From: Ginglymostoma cirratum
Taxonomy: Eukaryota
Reading direction: 5' to 3'
Length of the DNA stretch: 50,965 bases
NCBI GenBank assembly: GCA_024137785.1
Contig: JAHRHZ010000032.1
Location: 13,453,768-13,504,732, forward strand
Under the pieces are notes generated by a model. The model made no database searches and was not told where the DNA came from. It was given only the letters and a program-made list of their open reading frames with translations. A program made the translations under genes and the position numbers. Position 1 is the stretch's first letter; every line of letters begins with the position of its first letter. Positions 36,490 to 50,100 of the stretch are shown piece by piece.

Positions 36490-38300
36490 GACAGTGTACT
36501 TCCAGCTCACTTTACTGGGGAGGGATCAGCACCGGTCAGGGCTATGCACACTTATCCAGTGTTCATGCAGACACTCCCATCACATGCACCCCTTCTCTTT
36601 CTCTTGTCACAGAACAAGCTGGTACACATTAGGATGGAGTGGGCCAAGACCAGCAGAGGCTTTACTAAGTTCCATTTTGATGATGAGATGATCCTACTGG
36701 TGAGTCAGGACCAAGATCATTGCTGGGCAGATGATCAGTTCGGCATGGCAGGAAGGAACATCATGATCTGCTCTTCTCAGATGTACTGGTTGTCTTACAC
36801 ATTCAGCTTATATCAGGGTGTCTAAATCTTCATTAATGAATTCTCTCTCTTCACTTCCACAAGCACAAGCAGTCAATAACAGAGAGCAAAACAGAAGCGG
36901 GCACAGCAGATGCCCAGCAGCACCAACACAGAAACAGTCACCTTAGTAGGTACCTTAGTTAGATTAGACGTGGGGACACAATTTGGTGAACACATCACCA
37001 GCAGGTGCCTGCAGCCACTAGAGGGAGAAACATCCTCAGGTCGTTGACATTCAGAAGACTGCCGACGACATGGCACCTGCTGAGCTCTATGCAGAAGATG
37101 TACCTATGTACTTGGCCATGAGGTTAATCTGCAGACAGAGGCAAGGGAAAACAGATAGATAGGTCACCGGTTCTTACTGCCGGACGGTGTTTATTGAACT
37201 TTGATCGACTATGTGGCTCTGACATCTGAGACTTGGCTGCCCCCGCAGAGACCCAGGTCCAGCAGAACACTCCATGGCTACACTTGACTTTCATTCCATC
37301 ACTCAAGTCATGGGTGCCCATGGTCAATGGTAAGGTGAGAGGGTCAAGAGGCACCTCGACCTCACTCTGGTTTCTCCTTCCTTTTGAGGAGATAGGGTGG
37401 TGCCAGCAGATAACCACAAGGAGGAGCTTTCTTTCAGGACACTCCAGAGGTCCTCTAGCCATTTATCTCATTCTCCAAGTGACTTCATTGGCTGCAGCAG
37501 ATCAGGTCAAAGAGGGTGTATCTACATCTATGGAGGAGACTCTGAGAAGTCTTGGGCCCTCCAGACATAAGCCTGTTGAGGAAGCTCACGAAGGGCATCA
37601 CTGTCATTGGGGAAGACCGGCTAGCAGGCTCCCTCTATCTCTGCTGTACGTGTCGAGGCTACATCTAGACAGAGTGGGAGGCGAAGGAAAGTCAATGTTG
37701 TTTTGAGGACACAGGCATGCATGTAATGTACATACTTTGGTTTCCATTAGCAGCCTGGACATTTTTAACACTTGAGGTTTGAAATGCACATCTAAGTGGT
37801 GTCTCTCACAGATGATTTACACGTCAATGGACAGGAAGTTTTCCTTATTCATAAATGCTGCTGGATGGTGACAGGGTGCTCTGAAAACTACACTGATACA
37901 ATCGATTACACCTTGCACTAAAGAAATCCTGCAACGGCAGCAAAGCCGATGGCTCTGTCTGCCTCACTCCCTGCATCATCCTAGCAAAGCTGATAAATTG
38001 TTGTGTTTCAGCAAAGAAAGTATCTTAGTTTACGAGTGGATGCTATGAGATTGCACAGGGGTCCCCAATGGCTCCTTGAAATGATCCACGTGAATAGCAA
38101 TTGAGGATCATTGTCACCTTCAAGGCAACTGGAATGGGATTGCTTCCTAATCCGTGAGAATACAAGTACTCATCTAGCAGCTGGCAGATGTAGGAAGTAC
38201 CTTCCTGGGACATCCTGAGGTGTTGTTGACACTGCTGTTCGGTCAAAGGCAAATATCTCTGGTGAAGCCTGTCAGCTTGGTTTTAGACCAATGCTCTCCG
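36490..38300. mobile_element. Decayed PIF/Harbinger DNA transposon (transposase on minus, Myb/SANT-type partner on plus)
   Basis: Minus 37700-38260: LTEQQC..LRMS..ICQLL..PVALKVT..LN.YSRGSFQ..GDPCAIS, then VQGVIDC..RAP..FMNKE. Plus 36612-36750, after an acceptor: NKLVHIRMEWAKTSRG, resembling KLAHN.RE..KTGGG. Confidence 0.8.
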
Positions 38301-39099
38301 TCTATGTGGTGACAGCCCTCTTGTACAGGATGTTATGTCCCTGCAGACTGTGCCACATCCAGTGCCAGATCCTGCTGCTGCTCATGTTGTTGCCATTGGA
38401 GCAGGAAATGCCTGTGGTTTCTTCTGAGAAACAAAATGATCAGAAAACTGGCAGGATTGATGTTGCAGTTGTCAGTTGCTTTCAGGAGATCTGTGGAGAC
38501 AGTAATGTCATGTTTCTGTCAGGTTTTCACACTGTTAGCCTGTCTGATCATTCCTGAGAAAATCCTTCATTTACTGTATTTTTCACCTGGTCCCCTCCAA
38601 CCCAGCACGCGTACGTATGAAAACTGCATCCTTTGTGGATTCAAAGGACAGCTCCTTGTGAACAACATGACCCGCACTGCTGGCAGTGTGCACTGCTTTT
38701 GTGTAGTGAGGGCAGCCAGGGCACCTTCCCATAAACAATAGTCAGCTTTCCTTCAGGGAGCTCAAACCTCTCTAATGTGATCATGGCACCATCAGCAGAT
38801 GTCATCACCCCCTCCCCACCCCCCCAACTAAATCCCTGTTCTTGCCAGTTTTCCCTATGTGGAAGAAATGCAGCCAGGAAGCTAAAGTGTGCTGTCTAAT
38901 GGGATAGGATGTGACCTAATTGCAAATCCGGAAAACATTCCACCCACTCTGAGTGTGTGGTTGCAGCCATTTTCCATTTCCATTGTGCATTGTTACAATT
39001 CACATGAGGATGGAAGACAACACAGGTCACATGTGGCACAGTTAGTTGTAGGGTTAGCCTGGCAATCAAAAGCACACCCTCCCACCAACTTCCCTTTTC

Positions 39100-40420
39100 C
39101 TTTCTTCTTGGCACTCCCCCTTGACCCCATCAGGACTGAACTTCCACATGTTCTTTCACACCTCTTTCATCTTTGCCAGATGCCATCAGCACCTTTTACC
39201 ACACCTTGTTCTTTCCATGCTCTTCCTTTTCTATATCCCCTGTGAATATACCATTTTTATTTCCTCCAAACCAATTTGCCGTTGTTGTATAGAATGCACA
39301 GGGCATGTTGCAACTGCCTTCTTTGGTGTCACATGCGCCCATCCATTATCTCAGTGTTTGGGCTAGGTTCCCTTCTGATGTGCATTAGCCTTCATCACTG
39401 CTACCTCCAATGACAGTCTAACCGCTGTCACTAATTCCTCAATTCCCATCCTGAGCTGTACATGCCTTCTTCATGAAGTGATGCACCTCCCCTTCAACTC
39501 CATGTTATCATACAACCATTTCATATCCCAAAGATTTGCTTACATGTTAGCCCACAGAGTGTAGGATCACATTGTTTGTTAATCTAATTTCTAGTCACCA
39601 CCACTTCTGAAGATTTGGATGGTCACTACCTATTCGTGATTGTACTGTCCACTTACAGATTACCTTGATCAATAGCATCCTCGAACAGAAACTGTCACCA
39701 ATAATTAGTTACTAGCATTTAAATTCACCACACAAATGTTTGAACTAATGAATCAGATCCTCTAGCTCACTTTTCCTTAAACTGTTCCAACTTCTCAACA
39801 CAAAGCACATTTACAGTTTCTAGCTTCTAGTGAGTCTTTGAAGCATCTTTACAATATTCTTAACAAGAGTAATCAAAAAATTCTATTTAACCCCAGGCAG
39901 TAACAAATTTGATCATGTTCATCCTTTAAACATTTCAGATCTCACAAGTCCAGATCCAAATAAGCAAATCGGTTCCCTTTTATCTGAATTTTGTCTTCTT
40001 AAAAATATTGCTGTTTCCCAGAGAAACAACATCTGTCAGTATCTTTTCATCCTTTGTCTTTGCTATAATCTTCACTGACTCCTTTAGAAACCCAGTTGTC
40101 TTTGCAGAATGTAATCAGAGAGAAGTGTTTAACTTAAAAATTAGTTCCCGACTAGCATGCCTTAGACTAGCTGGTTTTATTCTGAACTTCACCTTCTTAC
40201 TCGTTGACCCAACTCTGTAATAAGATTGACTTTTACCTCCCTGCTGCCCACAGATGGTTTTGACCTACCCATTCTGCTAGTGGCTCCTGAGAGGTCTGTC
40301 TGGCATTTTGTCTTTCTTCTCCCACTGTCCTTCCTGCCAGCATGGTTCTGCCTACTCAACCTGATGCTTCCTGTCCTTTCAGTTTCATTCACACTTGTCA
40401 GGTACGGCTCTTTGCTCGAA
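39100..40420 (-). mobile_element. Endogenous retrovirus pol relic (class I/epsilon-like RNase H to integrase start)
   Basis: 39443-39369 reads IEELVTAVRLSLEVAVMKANAHQKG, then DNGWAHVTPKKAV and RAWKEQG..ADGIW. This matches the retroviral RNase H C-terminus V.V..C.AHQKG....GN..AD..AK.A. Outer bounds uncertain. Confidence 0.62.
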
Positions 40421-43400
40421 CTATGGGGGAGTAAATGAAAACAGATTCATCCAAATGCAGTTCTGCAGATGTGACACGACCACCTGCAACAACACAAAAT
40501 GACACTGGACAACTTAACAGATCAATTTATGATTGTTTATTTCATATGTACATGTGGAGAGCCAGCTTTATCACTGTGACATGTGAGGTTCACACTTGTG
40601 GGTTACAAAATACACTCCAGCTTCATTCAGACCATTACTCTTCTCTGTCTCACATTACCTTCTGTTTCCCACACTCTTTACAGGCATCCTCTGCATTTTA
40701 TTCAAGGCCAGACCTATTTTGCTGATACTGCAGCTCCCACACATTTAGCTTGTCTTAGTTTATCTGTGGTTCCCCTTTCTTTGACAATATGACTGAAAAT
40801 TTAACTCTTCACTAACTGAAACTGATTCAACCCCTTCGGCTGTCAAATATAATTTCCTTCTCATTGATCTTTAGTGTGTATAACACATGATCTGATGAGA
40901 TGTGCTAATCTGTTCTGTATTTGTAATCTTGAAACCGTTTAAAAATCTTAGGAATTATAAATTCCACATTTGCCAATTTGTTGATCCATTAAATAGATCT
41001 GAAAGCTGACATTCTTCTGGTGCAGAGATTGAAATTGGTGAATTTGTTGTATTGTTTGACTGTTGACAGGCTATTGAAGTTATTGATGTGGATGTTTATA
41101 GGAAGGACTTTGTTCTCTTTGTACTTAACTCATTTTGTAGTCTCGTTACATTCTTAGCTGATTACAGTTTTAGTTTGTAAATATTGTTGGTGTAGTACTA
41201 ACACACAAAGTTGTTCAAGTTCCTGCTGCTCCAAATGCTAATTTCAATGTAATGTATGGTTTTCTGTTACTGATATGGCTTCTTCACAGAGGTGAACTGA
41301 AAATAGGTTGCATTTGCTGACACTAGTGCATGCGATATGCATTGCTTAAATTTGCATTTGGGGTTTTGGATAGAGAGAGGGAGTGAGAATAGCCCTTGTG
41401 ATGTGTCCCTGGAGATGGCAGGAGAGTGGGGGACTGGGCAATGTGGCATAGGACAGAGGGGCAGAATGTGGAGTGAGAGTGAGAGAGAGGGGAGAGGGCC
41501 TCCACTCCATTCCACGTTCCCCACCCCCACCCTGGTCCTCACATCCTCTGCTGAACGTTCTTTCAATATCACATCATCTCTGCACATTCACTGTGTGGTC
41601 TTTGCATGTGATATTATCAAAAATTCACATGATGTGATGGGTTTGGAATTGTGTATACGTGCATTTCCAGATTAGCAGATATGCACAGTCGCTCACAGTT
41701 GCAGGTGTCAGTAGATACTGCCTTGAAAATCTTCCTTTTCCAAGATTGTCAAAGGTTTTTGAGTTGAAATGTTCTCAATCTGAATTCATGCAATAAGATC
41801 CCATGATTTTTCTGACTGTATTAAAGATATCTACTGTAACATCATTGGCATTTATCTTTTCTTTGCAATCAAGGTATTTTTGTGGTGAATTTGATACCAC
41901 ATGATTAGTTTTGCACATTTTTCTTTACCCAAATTTCTGCCTTCTAACTAATGAAATTGATAACATTTCTTTGTTCTGTAAAACTTCAAATTTGCTATTC
42001 AAATGGTGGAAATAATAAAGACTTCGCAGGTTTCACTGTTAGGGCTTTGAGACATCAATTTGCAATATTTATTCCTGATTTTGTTTCCATTTCCTAATCA
42101 ATGTTATTTAATCATGCGCCTGCAGAACTATCTTAAATATGCTTTGTTAAACTTTTCATTGATTAAATAGTTCAGAAATTTTTTAACTCAATGGTAGAAG
42201 TCTAAAATGTGGGCTCCTCAGCTTACCTCTTTCATAAAAGTTAACCTTTTATGGCCCTTGTCTTAAGTGACTGGATCTGTTATCCCCACCTGGTCTGGCC
42301 TGTACGTAATTCCAGATTCAGAGTAATGTGATTGACTCATAACTGCTCTTTGAAATGGCCGTAGCAAGCTACTCTATTCAAGAGGCAGTTGGGGACAGGC
42401 AATAATTGCTGGCACCATCAGCAACACCCTCATCCCATGAACAAAGGGGGAAAAATACTTTTTCATGACTTATAATTTTCAGGTGGTTTCTCTAGGGGAG
42501 TTTCCATGCAGAAGTATTTCCTTCACGGTGACTGTTCAGCTTTGCTGTTTTTCTGGCTGCTGGATGGTCTTAAACCCGTACCAATGATTTCTTGAGAAGA
42601 GTTTTTAAACATTCTTCTCTTCTCCAGGCCATATATATTTGTTTCTTGATCTCCACCTCTACCACAATTTTCTGGGTAAGGAATCCAGTGTGGTCACCAT
42701 CTTTTTTGTGATGTCACACATTGAGTTTGGGTTCTTTTCAAGGCTGGTCCCGGAGAAGGCAGTGTCAAGGGCTGTCATCAAGCTGAGCCTTCACTATTTA
42801 TTATCATGCATTAATGCTGTAATACATGGTAATCATACTGGGCTCCAATTTACAATTCCACTCGGTAATAACTAATCTACCTTCTTCACATGTTTAGATT
42901 CAGGTGATCTCAATGTACCTTTCTGAGAGAATATTGCAGCTTAGAGTCCTGTAGCCATCTTCCAGAGTGTTGTGACTGCCCACTCAGTGGTATTTATGCT
43001 CGGCTTTGTGTAGTTCCGTGACATCATCATAATTGGGGTCCTAATCCACTGACACAACATTATTAGTCAGCATATATTAAAATTTGTTGTGTAAAAACAA
43101 AGGCCTACATCATGTGGAGGTAATCATTGTTGTATTAACAGCTCTTTCCTTGAAATTGGTGAACAATTTTCAAACTGTAATTGTGAGAGATACAACAGCA
43201 AACTCACACCTGTCTATTGAATATTTTCATTTCTTATGGTGTATAGTGAAAATCTATGGCGAATACGTACCTGGAGCACTTTCAGAAAACAGTTATCTTG
43301 AGACGGCTACAAGCGCATCTTTGACAAGTTGGCAACAAAGTGTGCTATAAGAAAGACAGACAAATCCAAGTTTTAAATATCAATCAATAGCTTTCAATTT

Positions 43401-45456
43401 ATAAGCTATTTACTGCATTTCTAAGTTCTAACTGCATCTTGTCTTGGGACAGTTCCACTATCCATAGACTGGACATATACTGGACTCCAGAAACACAATA
43501 TGCTCTGACACATTTTTGTCTGTATTTATGTACAAATAAAGTGGATTTACAGATTTCTCTTTTAAGATTATTTAGCTAACAAAACATACAGTAAGAAAGA
43601 GAAAAGAACTAACCACACAATGCACAAATAAACAAAGTAAGTATTTTTCTGTCACTTACTTGGAACACACTGCACTCTGTGTTGGCTATGCTATCAGTTT
43701 CTGAGGTTTCCCCTTTGACTGGTATCTGCCTCTCTGCTCTGCATAGCATCTGCTGGTGCAGGCTTTCACACTGTTTAAACCTGCATTGTATTTTACTAGT
43801 CTCTATACTCCCTAGAACCTTCAACCCCTTTCTCTTTATCAGACCCAGTCTTGATCATCTCCATTAATAAGGGATGACAAAGTTAGTGTTCCCTCTCTCA
43901 TATAGCTTCATCTCCATCATTATATAAGGTCTGCAGTCAGTTGTCGTTCAGGAAGTAGCCCTTGACATCTTTTTGCATACAATACCTTCCCTTAGAGACT
44001 AAACAGACCTTGCTATATCCTCTTCTCATGGTTCTCGAAGATGTAACTAGAGAGCTAGACTGACAAGAGACAACTAGGACTAATGCAGGTCAAAACATCA
44101 GTTAGGACTGAGTTGACTTTTCAGTTATGGCTACTTCCTAAAACTTTTGTTCTTCTGCCCATTGTTATATTCTACCTGCAGGATGATCTGGAGATAGGTC
44201 AGTGATGATTTCCTGACAATGGCAGTGATACCAGTTGGTCTTACTTCAAATATTCCGTTTGTCACTGTTGTAAGTAGATCAACACTTTGGCCCAGATATT
44301 CCAATGGCCAGAGAGCTGTTGGAGCAGATTTGCAACTGTGCATTATGACCATGTGGAAATCTGAACACAACTGTCTCTGAGGGAATTGTCCAGAAATTTT
44401 AAACACTGATGGGCAAGACTCCAGCATTCAGAACCCCCTGTAAAAGCCCCTTAAGATCTAACTCACCAGATCAATTGTTATTTGGGAAATGTTAGACGAT
44501 TAAAAACATTCTGTAATCATTGAGTAGCTAATAAGTTGAACCCCTAAATACACCCTTCCCCTCCTGACTCCCAATCCAACAACTCTCTCCCTACCTCCTG
44601 ACACCTCCCCATTTCCATGCTGCCAACATCCACCCTCTGCCTGACATGGCCATCCTGTAACCCCTGTTGGACACGAGCTCCCCCAGCCACCTCCAACATG
44701 ACCTACATCACTCCAACTCAATAGCCACTTCACCTCCTCACTCATTTCGCACCCCACCCCTCATCCACCTGTCACCTTATGCCTGCATACCCATCTGACA
44801 CCATACCCTTCCATCTGGCACCCTATGGTCTACTCCCATTTCCTTAACCCCTTCACCCATCTAGTATTTAATCACCCCCTAATCCACCACTGCACCTTCC
44901 TGTCATTCTTTACTAACCCTCCCACAGGATCTGTGCTGCTGGTCATTTACATCACAGAACATAGACTGCTGCTAGAGGGGGCCTGGTTTTGAAGGTGATC
45001 ATCTCCACAGTTGGCTGTGAGGATTCCTCAACAAGTTGTCCTTGTTTTGTAACAGGAGGCTCCTGTCTACTAATTTCCAGAGTAGAATTCATTCAACGTA
45101 TCTGTGTTTTCGCTTGTCTGATCAGGCCTGTAAATAGAGTTTCTGACCCTGACAGAATGTCTGGGCCCTTGTGTGTAAGATAGTGCTTATCCAGGGCCAA
45201 TGTCAAACCACACAATAGTATTATGAACTGATCCAAGTGCAATGTTTTTAACACATATCCTTCTGTGCACTTTACAACTTGCTTTAAAAGGGTCTGGATT
45301 TGTCAAGGCATGGCCATACATAGATGGTTAAATGGTTTTAATTTGCAGACTGGAAAAAAAAACCATACAGCTCAAACTATCCCTTTTGAACTCACTTACT
45401 ATTAATAATAATATATAGGATCATGGAACAGTAGAGCTCAGAAAGAGGCTCTTCAC

Positions 45457-46381
45457 TCCTTTGTGATTTGCAGCATCTTTGAATCAGTTTCCAGGAGTCG
45501 AGGTGAGATTCTCAATAGGGAGCAGTGAGTTGCCTATTAAGGGGATTATTGCTTGTTGATTACCTTATTAACTGCACATCAACCTTATTAGTATGCAGCT
45601 TCCTGTCTGATTACCCATCATGAGCGAACTAAATGCCAAGAATTCTTGAAATGGAAGTCAGAATGTCTACCTGTCAGCTTTGGTCTGCTATTGGCTGTAA
45701 AGAGCTGCCATGTTGGTCACCAGGCAACAGCATCTCAGGGCATGATCCATGGGCATCAGCCACATATAAACCCTCAGAAACAGACACTGGCATCTGAGAA
45801 TAGCCAACCCCTCATGATACTCATCGCACCTCTACGTTTTACTGGTTCTTGAAAGAACTATGCAAATATTCCCATTCTCCAGCTCTTTCACCATAGCCCT
45901 GCAAACATTTCCTATTAAATACTTATTAAATATTGTTGGAAAGTAAGCATTGAATCCACAATCATTTTTGGCAGTCCATTTCAGATCATAACTTCTCACT
46001 GCATTGTTTTATATTACTTTGGTTATTTTGTCAACAGATCTGCAAAAGTCTGTTTCCACCCTGTATAACTCTATTTACTTATTCAAATCATGGTATAACT
46101 TTGAGTACCTCTATCAACCCTTTCCTTAACTTGTTCTTTACAGCCAATAGCAGACCAAAGCTGACAGGTAGACATTCTGACTTCCATTTCAAGAATTCTT
46201 GGCATTTAGTTCGCTCATGATGGGTAATCAGACAGGAAGCTGCATACTAATAAGGTTGATGTGCAGTTAATAAGGTAATCAACAAGCAATAATCCCCTTA
46301 ATAGGCAACTCACTGCTCCCTATTGAGAATCTCACCTCGACTCCTGGAAACTAATTGAAAGATGCAGCAAATCACAGAGGA
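45457..46381. repeat. Long inverted repeat, arms 45457-45703 and 46135-46381
   Basis: 45486-45703 is the exact reverse complement of 46135-46352 (218 bp by eye); the outer ~29 bp have 4 mismatches; spacer 431 bp. Confidence 0.95.
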
Positions 46382-46427
46382 CTGACAAAAACTGCCATCT
46401 CATCTCCAGTTACATCGTCCTCTGTGT

Positions 46428-46480
46428 ACACACACACACACACACATTCTCTCTCTCTTCCCCCCCCCCCCCCCCCCCCC
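46428..46480. repeat. Compound microsatellite (AC)n-(TC)n-poly(C)
   Basis: Directly visible; C run 46460-46480. Confidence 0.9.
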
Positions 46481-46652
46481 AACCCCTTGCTCTCTTGAAG
46501 GACCTGGACATTTTTCTGACGTGTGAATTTCTCACATTTGCCAAAGGTTCCTCCCTCTTCCTAGGCAGTCTCTTGCCATTGTGGAAGACTTTCTTCCACT
46601 TCAATTGGGTGGGTTCTGAGCAGTCCGAAGCAGACTCAGCTATCAGTGGACT

Positions 46653-46835
46653 GGGGTCAGTTTAGCTCGGACGGCTGGATTGCAATACAGAATGATGCCA
46701 TTAGCGAGGATTTAATTCCCACACTAGCTCAGGTTACCACGGACAACTTTCCTTCTCAGCTACTACCAGTCATCTCTCTCTAATGAGAGAGCAGCCCTAT
46801 GTTCCAGTCAAATTATGGAGACTTTACCTTTCAAC
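46653..46835 (+). mobile_element. tRNA-derived SINE
   Basis: Homologous to 11222-11423. Confidence 0.65.
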
Positions 46836-47180
46836 CACAGAACCGGGAGCTGTTGAAAGGTTGGGGAAATGTCTTATTCTGCAGTTTAAGCATTGTTAAG
46901 AAGAGCTTCTCTGGTAAAAGTACCATAAGGACTCATGTGGGTGAGACATTGTGCTGGACAACCAACGCTACCCTTGAAAAGGATTTTGACTCACTTGCAG
47001 AATCTTCAGTCTTTCTCAGCTTTTCAAAATTTGCACTTTAAATGATCAGATTTGCCAGAACAGTATTCATGTGCAACATGGTGTATTGTTTAACGAACTG
47101 GAGTGGGTATGCAAATAACTGATATTATTGTTTACAGCAAATTCAATTCTAGAGTGATTTGACTGGCAGTTTAGCATCAT

Positions 47181-50100
47181 ATATAAATAGAGAGAGGGGG
47201 AAGCGATGATAGAAGGTGGATAGAGGAGCAGATAAATGGAGAGAAGACGGATAGGTCAAGGAGGTGGGGATGGAGCCAGTCAAGGTGAGTATAGGTAGGG
47301 AGTTGGGATGGGGGTTGGTCAGTGAGGAGGGAGGGGCGGGTAGGTGGGAGGGAAGACAGACAGGTCAAGGAGGTAGGGATGAGGCTCGTAGGTAGGAAGT
47401 GGGGGGGCGTTGGTCAGTGAGGAGGGAGGGGCGGGTAGGTGGGAGGGAAGACAGACAGGTCAAGGAGGTAGGAAGTGGGGGTGGGGTTGCTTAGTCAGGT
47501 GGGAGGAGTGGATAGGTGGGAGAAAAGACGGACAGGTCAAGGAGGCAGGGACGAGATGGGCTGGTCTTGGGATGAGGTCGGGGGTGGAGAGATTTTGAAG
47601 CTAGTAATGTCCACATTGAGACCATTGGGCTGCAGGATTCCCAGGTGGAATATGAGGTGCTGTTCCTCCAGCCTTCGGGTGGCATCGTTGTGGCACTGGA
47701 GGAGGCCCAGGATGGTCATGTCGTCGAAGGAATGGGAGGGGGAGTTGAAGTGGTTCGTGACTGGGAGGTGTTGTCTTTTGTCACGAACCGAGCATAGGTG
47801 TTCCACAGAGTGGTCTCCAAGCCTCCACTTGGATTCCCCGATGTAGAGGAGGCCACATCGGGAACAGCGGATACAATATACTAGGGAGTTGCAGAGACAG
47901 CGGTCCCTCCGGAAGGCAGATAAGGGTGGGGAGGGAAATATATCCTTGCTAGTGGAGTCAGACTGCAGGTGGCGGAAGTGGCGGAGAATGATGCATTGAC
48001 TCTGGAGGTTAATGGGGTGATATGTGAGGACAAGGGGAATTCTGTCTTTGTTGTTATTGTGGGGAGGGGGTGTGAGGGTTGAGGTGCGGGAAACGCGAGA
48101 GATGCGGTCGAGGGCGTTTTCGACCACTGATGAGAGGAAATTGCGGTCCTTGAAAAATGAGGACATCTGGGATGTTGGGGAGTGGAACGCCTCATCTTGG
48201 GAGCAGATGCGGCAGAGGTGAAGGAATTGGGAGTAGGGGTTAGCGTTCTTGCAGGAAGGTGGGTCAGAGCAGCTGTATTCTAGGTAGCTGTGGGGGTCGG
48301 TAGGCTTGAAATAGATATCAGTTTTCAGGTAGTTACCAGAGATGGAGACAGAGAGGTCCAGGAAGGAGAGAGAAGTATCAGAGATGGTCCAGGTGAACTT
48401 GAGGTTGGGGTGGAAGGTGTTAGTAAAATGGATGAACTGTTCGAGCTCCTCATGGGAGCATGAGGTGGCGCCGATACAGTCATCGATGTAATGGAGGAAG
48501 AGGTGGGGGATAGTGCCAGTGTAGCTGTGGAAGAGGGACTGTTCCATGTATCCTACAAAGAGACAGGCATAGCCTGGGCCAATCGGTACCCATGGCCACC
48601 CCCTTTGTCTGTAGGAAGTGGGAGGAGTTGAAGGAGAAATTGTTAAGTGTGAGGATGAGTTTGTTTAGGCACATAAGTGTGTCGGTGGAGAGGGACTGGT
48701 CGGGCCTGCGGGAGAAGAAGAAGCGGAGGGCTTTTAGGCCATCTGTATGGGGAATGCAAGTGTATAGGGACTGGACGTCCATTGAGAAGATGAGGTGTTG
48801 AGGGCCAGGAAATCGGAAGTTTTGGAGGAGGCGGAGGGTGTGGGGAGTTCCTGGACCGGGTGGAGAAAATGGAGTCGAGATAAGTGGAGATGAGTTCGGT
48901 GGGGCAGGAGCAGGTGGAGACGATGGGTCGACCAGGGCAGTCAGGTTTGTGGATTTGGGGAAGCAGATAGAAATGAGCGGTGTGGGGTTGGGGAACGATG
49001 AGGTTGGAGGCTGTGAGTGGGAGGTCACCTGAGGTGATGGTGTTGTGGATGGTCTGGGAAATGATGTTTTGGCGGTAAAGGTGGGATCATGATCAAGGGG
49101 GTGGTAGGAGGAGGTGTCAGAGAGCTGGTGCCTGGTCTCGGCGACGTAGAGGTCAGTGCGCCATACTACAACTGTGCCTCCCTTGTCCGCGGGTATTATG
49201 GTGAGGTTGGGGTTGGAGCGGAGGGAACGGAGGGCTGCACGTTCTGTGTGGGAGAGGTTGGAGTAGGTGAGAAGTTGAGGCGATTGATGTCACAATGGCA
49301 GTTGGAGATGAAGAGGTCGAGAGAGGGTAGGAGGCCTTGGGATGGTGTCCAGGAGAAGGGAGTGTGTTGGAGGCAGAAGGGGCCAGTAGAGGGAGGGTTA
49401 GACACACGATTAAAGAGATAAGCGCAGAGGCAGAGGCAGTGGAAAAACTGTTTGGTGTCCAGGCGTGAGCAATATTCGTTGATGTTCGGGTGGAGGGGGA
49501 TAAAAGTGAGTCCTTTACTGAGGACTAACCGTTCATCCTCAATGAGGGGGAGGTCTGGGGGGAGGTGAGGGGGTTTTCTTGGATCCTCCCCCATCACCTC
49601 CATCCCAGTCCCCAAGAAAACCTTCCACATTAAACAGATGTTCACCTGCACATTCACTAATGTCGTATACTGTATCCGCTGTTCCTGATGGGGCCTCCTC
49701 TACATCGGGGAAACCAAGCGGAGGCTTGGAGACCGCTTTGTGGAACACATATGCTCGGTTTGCGACAAACGACAGCACCTCCCAGTCGCGAACCACTTCA
49801 ACTCCCCCTCCCACTCCTTGGACGACAATTCCATCCTGGGCCTCCTCCAGTGCCACAATGATGCCACCCGAAGGCTGGAGGAATAGCACCTCATATTCCA
49901 CGTGGGAATCCTGCAGCCCAATGGTCTCAATGTGGACATTACCAGCTTCAAAATCTCCCCACCCTGACCTCAGCCCAAGACCAGCTAATCTTGTCCCCGC
50001 CTCCCTGACCTGTCCATCATTTCTCCCACCTATCCACTCCTCCCACCTCACTGACCAAACCCCACCCCCACTTTCTACCCACTAGCCTCATCCCTGCCTT

